Source: Chloroflexota bacterium
Lineage (GTDB): Bacteria > Chloroflexota > UBA11872 > VXOZ01
Assembly: GCA_965207135.1 (NCBI GenBank)
Contig: OZ242272.1
Span: forward strand, 2,682,275-2,746,274
Direction of reading: 5' to 3'
Length of the DNA: 64,000 nucleotides
Shown here piece by piece: positions 37,611 to 44,400 of this stretch. Below the pieces are notes generated by a model. That model was not told where the DNA came from and ran no database searches. It worked only from the letters and a program-made list of their open reading frames with translations. The position numbers and the translations under genes are program-made. Position 1 is the stretch's first letter. Each line of letters begins with the position of its first letter.

Positions 37611-37889
37611 GTGAAAGAGCCGGCTACCCAGCGTGTTTGGACCGTGGCGGAGGCCAAGGCGCGGCTTTCTGAAATCCTGCGGCTTGCGGAATCCGAGGGA
37701 CCGCAGCAAATCGGCATCCGCAATCCCTGTGTCGTCGTATCCGCCAACGACTGGTACGCGAAGACCCCGCCGCGCAAACCGCTGGGCCAATGGCTAGTAG
37801 AAAACACCCCGCGCGGCGCGAATCTTGAGATTCCCAGGCGGCGCGGATCTCAACGAGAGATTCCGTTCGCTAACGGAGACACGGAGTGA
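37611..37889 (+). CDS. Type II antitoxin, Phd/YefM (VapB-type) family
   Basis: GTG start 7 nt after AAGGAG. WTVAEAKARLSEILRLAESEGPQQIGIRNPCVVVSANDW is the classic Phd/YefM N-terminal fold signature. Confidence 0.75.
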   Translation: MKEPATQRVWTVAEAKARLSEILRLAESEGPQQIGIRNPCVVVSANDWYAKTPPRKPLGQWLVENTPRGANLEIPRRRGSQREIPFANGDTE

Positions 37890-37990
37890 ATAGCCTTCTC
37901 CTGGATACCACCATGCGCTCAGGGTTGATGTGAGACGCTCCCTACTACCGGCCTGTACTTGCCCGTTTTCCTACAACGCCGGCCGTTTAC
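37886..37990 (+). pseudogene. Remnant of a VapC (PIN-domain) toxin gene
   Basis: The GTG overlaps the antitoxin stop (GTGA). It encodes VNSLLLDTTMRSGLM, then TGA at 37931. A PIN N-terminus normally reads ..LLDTNV.SEL... Weak similarity continues for a few codons (DAPYYRPVLARF) and is then lost. No PIN core follows. Confidence 0.45.
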
Positions 37991-38130
37991 TCCCGCCGTG
38001 CGGCGCGTGACGCAGCACCGGTTCTACGTGTGGTATGCTATATTAATCCCCTTGGTTGAACGCCTTAGCCTATCCCGCTCTCTTAATTGCCGAACCGCGG
38101 TAATTCCACCGAAAACGACCCTATTTTTCC

Positions 38131-38159
38131 TTGACACCCTATATCTTGTTATCTATAAT
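38131..38159 (+). promoter_or_regulatory. Consensus sigma70-type promoter upstream of nrdJ
   Basis: TTGACA (38131-38136), a 17-nt spacer, then TATAAT (38154-38159). About 150 nt upstream of the nrdJ ATG. Confidence 0.65.
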
Positions 38160-38185
38160 CTCCACTACAACAAGATATACTATGT
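38134..38185. promoter_or_regulatory. Two NrdR-box-like 16-bp palindromes overlapping and following the nrdJ promoter
   Basis: ACACCCTATATCTTGT (38134-38149) and ACAAGATATACTATGT (38170-38185) resemble the NrdR box acaCwAtATaTwGtgt. Centre-to-centre spacing is 36 bp, longer than the usual ~31-32 bp. Confidence 0.45.
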
Positions 38186-38306
38186 ACGCAGCACATTGAG
38201 TAGCGCAGCTACGCCGCATAGCGTATACGTTAGTCTCTAGTGCATTCCATTTCTTCCAGCAATTCGCGCAGTCTGCCACATCCACGAACCCAAGGAGATT
38301 CCAGCC

Positions 38307-40724
38307 ATGGCACTCATTCATACCAACGGCAGAAGCACCAATGGGCGGTCCCTGCCGGAATCCCAAACCGGCACCATGCTCGAAGGCATTCGGCAGAAGG
38401 TCTTTGCCGACCGGTATTCCCTAAAGGACGAGACCGGCGCTGCCTTGGAGCACTATCCGGAGCAGATGTGGCGGCGGGTAGCGCGCGGCATTGCCGCCGT
38501 GGAAGAAGAGCAGAATCGCGCCGCGTGGGAAGAAGAATTCTACCGGGCATTGCAGGACTTCAAGTTCGTCCCCGGCGGCCGCATTCTGGCCGGCGCGGGT
38601 ACGGGCCACGAGGTCACGTTCTACAACTGCTATGTAATCCCGTCGCCCCAAGACAGCCGCGGCGGCATCCTGGAAAACCTGAGCGTCATGACGGAGATCA
38701 TGGCGCGCGGCGGCGGCGTGGGCATCAATCTTTCCAGCTTACGGCCGCGCGGCTCTTACATTCGCTCAGTCAACGGCACGGCCAGCGGCCCGTGCTCCTG
38801 GGGTGAGTTGTACTCGGTGGCCACCGGCGACGTCATTCAACAGGGCGGCTCGCGCCGCGGCGCGCTCATGCTCATGCTGGACGATTGGCACCCGGACATC
38901 GAAGAGTTCATCACGGTCAAGACCGACCTTTCCCGCATCAATCACGCGAACCTATCCATCTGCGCTTCCGATTCCTTCATGGAAGCCGTCAAGCGCGATG
39001 GCAATTGGGACCTCGTCTTCCCGGACACGACCGATCCGGAATACGACGAAGTCTGGAACGGCGACCTCACCGCCTGGCGCGCGCTCGGCAAGAACGTCAC
39101 CGTCCACCGCACGGTCAAGGCCCGCGAAATTTGGGAGAAGATCTGCGAAGCGGCCTGGCGCTCGGCAGAGCCCGGCTTGGTCTTCATGGAGCGCTACCAG
39201 AAGCGCTCCAACACCTGGTACTTCGAGCAGATCCGCTGTGTGAACCCTTGCGGCGAGCAGGGCCTGCCCGAGTGGGGCGTGTGCAACCTCGGGGCCATCA
39301 ATCTCTCCGCGTTCGTCAAGGACGGCGCGATGGACTACGAGTTGCTGGGCAAGACTTCGAAGGTTGCCATTCGCTTCCTCGATAACGTCATTGATGCCAC
39401 ACCATACTTCATCCAAGAGAACGAAGAGCAGCAGCGCAACGGTACGCGGCGCACCGGCTTGGGCACCATGGGACTCGCCGACGCGCTCATCAAGATGAAA
39501 GTGCGCTACGGCAGCGAAGAGTCGATGCCCGTGGTCGAGCGCATCTATCGGACCATCCGTGATGCTTCGTACAGCGCGTCGATGGAGATTGCCAAGGAGA
39601 AGGAGCCTTTCCCGCAGTTTGACTCAGAAAAGTACATGCAGGGTTCATTTATCCAGCAATTGCCCGCAGCGCTCCAAGAGCAGATTGCGGTGCATGGGGT
39701 CCGCAACGGTGTACTGCTCACGCAGGCGCCCACCGGCACGACGTCACTGCTCTCCGGCGTATCCAGCGGTATTGAGCCCGTCTTTGACTTTGCCATGAAG
39801 CGCGTCGACCGCACCGGCGAGCACATCCTCTACCACCCGCTCTTCAAAGAGTGGAAAGACGCGCACGGCGGCGAGCCCGTGCCCGACTATTTTGCCGCCA
39901 GCAATGACCTGGGTCCGGAGGACCACGTGCGCGTGCAGGCGGTAGTGCAGGAATATACCGACTCCAGCATTTCGAAAACCGTGAACGCGCCGAATTCCTA
40001 TGAGGTAGCAGACGTCGATGAACTCTATACCCTTGCCTACGACCTAGGGTGCAAGGGCATCACCTTCTTCCGCGACGGCTCCCGCACGCCGGTGCTCTCC
40101 CGCGTGGAGGAGAAGAAGGAAGAGGAAAGTAAGAAGAGCGCTGATAGCGAGCAAGCCAAAGGCGCGGCGGTACCGATAGAGATGCACCCCCGTAAACGTC
40201 CGGCGGTGGTTTCCGGCGTGACCGTAGAGAAAGTCACTGCACGCGGCGACCTCTACGTGACCATCAATTCCACCGGCGAAGGCGAAGATCGCCGTCCCAT
40301 CGAGATCTTCTTGACGCTTGGCAAAGCCGGTACGGCGGACCAGGCATACCTGGAAGCGTTAGCGCGCTCGATCACGCTCGGCCTGCGGAGCGGCGTGCCA
40401 ATCAAGCAGTATCACAAGCACCTGCGCGGCATCGGCTCGGTGGACGTGATGGGCATCGGACCCAACCGCGTCCTGTCGATACCCGACGCCATCGCGCAAG
40501 TAATTGCCGAAATCTATGACATCCCTACAGGCGCGAACGGCATGAACGGCGCCACTACTGACGAAGAGGCGTCGGTGGTACAGCTCGGCTTGGCTGGACC
40601 TAAGACTGAGCACCAGAAGCACGAGTCTCGCCATGGCGAGATCTGCCCGGATTGCGGCGCGGCCGGCGTGGTCTACGAGGAGGGCTGCGAAAAGTGTCTC
40701 GTCTGTGGGTACTCACGCTGCTGA
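38307..40724 (+). CDS. nrdJ: Adenosylcobalamin-dependent (class II) ribonucleotide reductase
   Basis: 805 aa. RILAGAGT, NCYV, active-site NPCGEQGLPEWGVCNLG and SKTVN. C-terminal CxxC...CxxC zinc ribbon (CPDCGA...CEKCLVCG). Confidence 0.9.
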   Translation: MALIHTNGRSTNGRSLPESQTGTMLEGIRQKVFADRYSLKDETGAALEHYPEQMWRRVARGIAAVEEEQNRAAWEEEFYRALQDFKFVPGGRILAGAGTGHEVTFYNCYVIPSPQDSRGGILENLSVMTEIMARGGGVGINLSSLRPRGSYIRSVNGTASGPCSWGELYSVATGDVIQQGGSRRGALMLMLDDWHPDIEEFITVKTDLSRINHANLSICASDSFMEAVKRDGNWDLVFPDTTDPEYDEVWNGDLTAWRALGKNVTVHRTVKAREIWEKICEAAWRSAEPGLVFMERYQKRSNTWYFEQIRCVNPCGEQGLPEWGVCNLGAINLSAFVKDGAMDYELLGKTSKVAIRFLDNVIDATPYFIQENEEQQRNGTRRTGLGTMGLADALIKMKVRYGSEESMPVVERIYRTIRDASYSASMEIAKEKEPFPQFDSEKYMQGSFIQQLPAALQEQIAVHGVRNGVLLTQAPTGTTSLLSGVSSGIEPVFDFAMKRVDRTGEHILYHPLFKEWKDAHGGEPVPDYFAASNDLGPEDHVRVQAVVQEYTDSSISKTVNAPNSYEVADVDELYTLAYDLGCKGITFFRDGSRTPVLSRVEEKKEEESKKSADSEQAKGAAVPIEMHPRKRPAVVSGVTVEKVTARGDLYVTINSTGEGEDRRPIEIFLTLGKAGTADQAYLEALARSITLGLRSGVPIKQYHKHLRGIGSVDVMGIGPNRVLSIPDAIAQVIAEIYDIPTGANGMNGATTDEEASVVQLGLAGPKTEHQKHESRHGEICPDCGAAGVVYEEGCEKCLVCGYSRC

Positions 40725-40742
40725 CAGTTTCTTGAACGCGAG

Positions 40743-40782
40743 GCGCTGGAATCTGGACCGGAGTTAACTAAGATTCCAGCGC
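40743..40782 (+). terminator. Hairpin downstream of nrdJ (terminator candidate)
   Basis: GCGCTGGAATCT, a 16-nt loop, then AGATTCCAGCGC: a 12-bp perfect stem 19 nt after the stop. No clear U-tract. Confidence 0.45.
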
Positions 40783-40906
40783 CGGTGTAGCGCCAGAGCC
40801 CGACTGCCAAAGCAAACCGCATTCTTGACGACATGCGTGCGCCAGGCATGGGCAAACGTGCCGGGGATGACCGTACCCAAGCACAGATACGCAGTGCCTC
40901 TCATCC

Positions 40907-41353
40907 TTGAAGGGAGTAGTCCCGGTGGACATGGTGAGGAAGTTGCTTGCGGTATTTCACGTTGCAATCGCGCTGCTGGCGGCAGTGCACTTTGTGTTCA
41001 ATTCTTTCTACCGAGACACGTTAGACACTGTCGATGTTTGGGGCATCTTGGATTGGCCGATCGCGCTTGCCATTGTGACTGCATTTTTAGTCCACTTTCA
41101 GCGCAAGCGCGCCTTGGACCGGCAACGAACAGACCAAGCCATTACCCAAGAGTACGTGGAAGCCAATGCAGCGACGTACGTGACCGCAGTCTTGGCGCTG
41201 TGGTTTTTCTCTAACTGGTTCAACTTCCTCAACTACGGTACCGAAGGGGAGTCGACCGTCAATGCGATCATTTGGGCGCTGGTCGATGTACTTGTGGTCC
41301 TGGTTTCAAGTGCCACGGGCCGCTATCTCTGGCGTAGCGCCGGCGACCAATGA
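40907..41353 (+). CDS. Hypothetical small membrane protein (about 4 TM helices)
   Basis: 148-aa ORF with alternating hydrophobic segments (LLAVFHVAIALLAAVHFVF; WPIALAIVTAFLVHF; YVTAVLALWFFSNWF; IIWALVDVLVVLVSSA). The start could be the internal MVRKLL. Confidence 0.5.
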   Translation: MKGVVPVDMVRKLLAVFHVAIALLAAVHFVFNSFYRDTLDTVDVWGILDWPIALAIVTAFLVHFQRKRALDRQRTDQAITQEYVEANAATYVTAVLALWFFSNWFNFLNYGTEGESTVNAIIWALVDVLVVLVSSATGRYLWRSAGDQ

Positions 41354-41618
41354 GCCGATTCCGGCCCCCAATTCGATCACAGAGTCCATCCTACGACGAA
41401 TGTATGCAGGCCATAGAGTGAAAGGCATCTAAGTAATCTAGAGATCCCTTCTCAAGACAGCAGTGCGTTTCCGCCGCAGCACGCCAGCCTCCAGCACTGT
41501 GGCAGGAGTGCGCTGCCCCTCTCGCCGGCACGCCCTGTGAGCATTGCGGGGCGTGTTGGATTCTGTGGGCCGAGCAGAGCCAGGTGTTCGCCTGCGAGTT
41601 ACCAGCCGCACCGCTGCT

Positions 41619-42386
41619 TTACCCGGCGGCCAGTTCCGCAAGTGCGAACGATAGGGCGAGATAGACGGAAAAGCCGGTGTAGCCAAGCGTGGCAGTATAG
41701 GCGGAATCAGCGCGCATCCTTACTGCGGCCAGGTAGATGCCCATCACAACCAATGCTACCGCCGGCTGCCAGTACACGCCATGTATTGCGAGTTGCGGCA
41801 GTGCGAAGAATAGCGCGCAAACGAGCCCGCCTACCCAAACGCCCAAGCGTGCCACCAGAATTGGGTAACAGAAGCCAAATACCAGCATTCCTACCAATAG
41901 CGCTGTGAGCGGCACGCCTACGCAATACAGAATTATGTCGATTGGCGAGAAGAATCCCGCGGGCGGCTCCAAGAGCGGCAGCGGATAGTTGGACCAACCA
42001 AGGGCAAACCGCAGCAAAAAAGTCAACAAGACCGCGACAAGCACCACCACTGCCAGTACCCAAACAGGATTCTGACGAGTGAAGGCCAGCGCCTCCAGTG
42101 GTGCGCCGCGGTAGCGTTTTGCCACGATGCGGAACGCGATTGCCGCGGCAACCAGTATGGGGATTAGCAACGCTACCGCAACCATAGCGCCTGGGGCGAA
42201 ACTTGTGCCGCGTAAGGTTGGGGGAGTCGCCGCGCCCAGGAAGCGGAGCGGAGAGATTGCCGTATAGAGGTCGAGGAGCACCCGGCTGAATTGGGCTAAG
42301 ACCAGCCATGCCAACCAAATCAGCACAACCGCAAGGCTTCCCCAGGGAAGTTGGATTTCACCGCGATCTTGATCCTTCGGCCTCAC
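41619..42386 (-). CDS. Polytopic membrane protein, function unknown (third gene of the AAA-VWA operon)
   Basis: GTG start at 42386, 6 nt after AAGGAG and 17 nt after the VWA gene stop. The track ATG at 42491 would overlap the VWA gene by 88 nt. About 7-8 hydrophobic helices. No CPBP EExxxR or HxxxN motifs seen. Confidence 0.6.
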   Translation of the reverse strand: MRPKDQDRGEIQLPWGSLAVVLIWLAWLVLAQFSRVLLDLYTAISPLRFLGAATPPTLRGTSFAPGAMVAVALLIPILVAAAIAFRIVAKRYRGAPLEALAFTRQNPVWVLAVVVLVAVLLTFLLRFALGWSNYPLPLLEPPAGFFSPIDIILYCVGVPLTALLVGMLVFGFCYPILVARLGVWVGGLVCALFFALPQLAIHGVYWQPAVALVVMGIYLAAVRMRADSAYTATLGYTGFSVYLALSFALAELAAG

Positions 42387-42403
42387 CGTCTGCTCCTTGC
42401 TGC

Positions 42404-44398
42404 CTAGACGCCACGTATGCGGCGTTCGATTGTAGTCTGTATCATGCGGGGCAAGCGCGTCACGTCGGGCACAACTACCGTCTGCAAACAACGCAGAAAC
42501 TTGCCATCCGCTTCCACCACGTAGGACTCACTCAGCGCGTCCCCGGGTACACCGATCCCAAAGACTATGATGCCCATTGCATCGCCGGTGCCGACCATGC
42601 CGTTGCGTCGCTCGACTTGAAACAGCACTTCCTGCAATTTGCGACGATTGGACGAGATCCCGTCCGTCAAGACTAATACAGTCTTGAATCCCTTCTGCTC
42701 TTGTATGTCCTGCACCGCTTGGCGCATGGCGCCGGCGTCGTCCGTCTTCTTGTGCGGATACTCAAACATTGTGCGAAAGACACCGCTCAGGTCCCTGGGA
42801 GTGTACGTGCGTTCGTTGGCGACAACTTGGGTCGTGAACGTGCACTCCTCAAACGTACGCAGCCGCCATACGTCCTCCGAGAACGCCATCATCTGATATG
42901 GAATGCGCAACCGCTCGTGGATTTCCGCGAAGATCACAGCGGCATCCACCGTATGGTCGAACTTGCGGGTCGAGTACCCCTTCGCGACCATACTTCCACT
43001 CACATCCATCAGGATAATAGCAGCAAAGTCCTTCTGGTGGTCGGCGCGCGGCGTACGCACGCCCTTTAGAAAGGCCTGTTCGGGAGAGACAACCAGCCGC
43101 TCCACGTGGTCGGTGTCGATTTCACCGCTATCGCCGCCGCGTCGGCGGCGGGGGCGTCGTCCCGGCTCCACAGTGCCAAAACGGCGGCGCATCATAATCT
43201 CCTTGAGGCCCTTGCTTCCGGCCTCGCCATTGAGCGACCGCAGGATCGCGGGTTCCAGGCGCCTCACAGCGGTCCGGTAGTCGAAGGTCGTGTAATCCGT
43301 CTTGGGCGCCGCTGGTCTTTCGCCCAGGCCCTGCATGATCGTCCGCGGCATCGGGTTTAGCCCCCCCGGCTGCGGCTTGAACATACGTGGATCGATCAAT
43401 TGAGGAGGGCCCTGACGATCCGGTCTTTGCCGCTTCGTTGGGTCCCCATCACGGCGGAGCTCGGCACGCTCATCCGGACTGCTCTCCACCTTGGCCGGGC
43501 CGCCCTCTTCATTGGCCGGCGCCGGCAAAGGATCGTCGTCGTTCTGTAGGGTCGGAGAATCCCTCATCTCTGCGTCATCACGTGCGCTTGACGACGTGCC
43601 GGCCTCGGCATCAAATTCAATGTGCAATTCGCCCACGGCCTCCGCAACGTCCTCCGGCGCAACAGCTTCGTCTGCTGCCGGGCGCTCGTTTTCCGGCCGA
43701 TCCTGCGTACGACGGCTGTCTTCTTCGATCAGCTCGTTGAGAATTGGCAGCATGCGCCGCGCGAGCACATCCAGCATTTGGGGCAGAGCGTCCCGTTGCA
43801 GCGCGTCTCGGACACCAGGCCACAGCACGTCAACGTAGCGGTTAGCGGTGCTCCCAATGTGCATAGGACGCACGCCCTCCGGCCACGTCTCGTAGAGCCA
43901 ACGCTCCATGAGGCCCTGCTGCACCTGTTCACGCAGAGGAGTGCTGCGCCGCCTGGCGGACGTCCATTGCGGGTTATCCGCATACAAAGCCCGCAGGAAA
44001 CGTGCAGAGCCCGGATGCCGCTGAAGATGCATGCGGTTCACGCGCAATTCGTTCACTAAGCGCGCAAACGGCATCACGGCGGCAAACGCTACCGGCGCAA
44101 TGCGCGAGAAGCTCTGCAACGCACGTTCTCCCATCACACCTGTGTGTTCTGCTTCAGCCATTTGCTGGCAAATTGCGCCCACTACGCTCGTACCGTTCCA
44201 AGTGTCCAGCACCCGCACGGGATAGGTCAGCGTGTGCGCGCGGGCGATGTATGCCCATTCGCGGCCCGCAACCACATTCAGGCGCGAATCCCGAAGTATC
44301 AGCCGGGCCAGTGCCACAACCTCCCCTTGCGCGTAACGCGTATTGCGCACGCGCGTCTCAAACTGGGTTGCCGAATTCGGTGTGATCGTGGTCGCCAT
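42404..44398 (-). CDS. VWA-domain protein with CobT/NorD/CbbO-like architecture (N-terminal helical domain, acidic disordered linker, C-terminal VWA with complete MIDAS)
   Basis: 664 aa. MIDAS DxSxS in ILMDVSGSM, plus VLVLTDGISS. Central acidic stretch EEDSRRTQDRPENERPAADEAVAPEDVAEAV...DDAEMRDSPTLQNDDDP. The start is 2 nt after the AAA gene stop. Confidence 0.75.
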   Translation of the reverse strand: MATTITPNSATQFETRVRNTRYAQGEVVALARLILRDSRLNVVAGREWAYIARAHTLTYPVRVLDTWNGTSVVGAICQQMAEAEHTGVMGERALQSFSRIAPVAFAAVMPFARLVNELRVNRMHLQRHPGSARFLRALYADNPQWTSARRRSTPLREQVQQGLMERWLYETWPEGVRPMHIGSTANRYVDVLWPGVRDALQRDALPQMLDVLARRMLPILNELIEEDSRRTQDRPENERPAADEAVAPEDVAEAVGELHIEFDAEAGTSSSARDDAEMRDSPTLQNDDDPLPAPANEEGGPAKVESSPDERAELRRDGDPTKRQRPDRQGPPQLIDPRMFKPQPGGLNPMPRTIMQGLGERPAAPKTDYTTFDYRTAVRRLEPAILRSLNGEAGSKGLKEIMMRRRFGTVEPGRRPRRRRGGDSGEIDTDHVERLVVSPEQAFLKGVRTPRADHQKDFAAIILMDVSGSMVAKGYSTRKFDHTVDAAVIFAEIHERLRIPYQMMAFSEDVWRLRTFEECTFTTQVVANERTYTPRDLSGVFRTMFEYPHKKTDDAGAMRQAVQDIQEQKGFKTVLVLTDGISSNRRKLQEVLFQVERRNGMVGTGDAMGIIVFGIGVPGDALSESYVVEADGKFLRCLQTVVVPDVTRLPRMIQTTIERRIRGV

Positions 44399-44400
44399 TG

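Noticed and set aside
37931-37933. The TGA ending the vapC stub as another selenocysteine codon.
   Set aside because: This position in PIN toxins is not a conserved Cys, and downstream similarity decays within about 30 codons. A nonsense or deletion remnant is the simpler reading.
33370-38130. Direct repeats flanking the low-GC island: a shared 8-mer TACTACCG near 33431 and 37942.
   Set aside because: An 8-bp match between two ~100-200-bp spacers is within chance expectation. No integrase or tRNA target supports an att site.
38186-38306. Possible cobalamin riboswitch in the nrdJ leader, since NrdJ is B12-dependent.
   Set aside because: The leader is only about 120-150 nt, and I see no B12-box-like element or the multi-stem architecture. 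B12 riboswitches typically repress B12-independent isozymes or B12 uptake and synthesis genes, not nrdJ.
41619-42491. The membrane protein as a CPBP/CAAX intramembrane protease, and the 290-aa version of the ORF.
   Set aside because: I found no EExxxR, FxxxH or HxxxN/D motifs. The ATG at 42491 would overlap the VWA gene by 88 nt, whereas a GTG with AAGGAG at 42386 gives a clean 17-nt junction.
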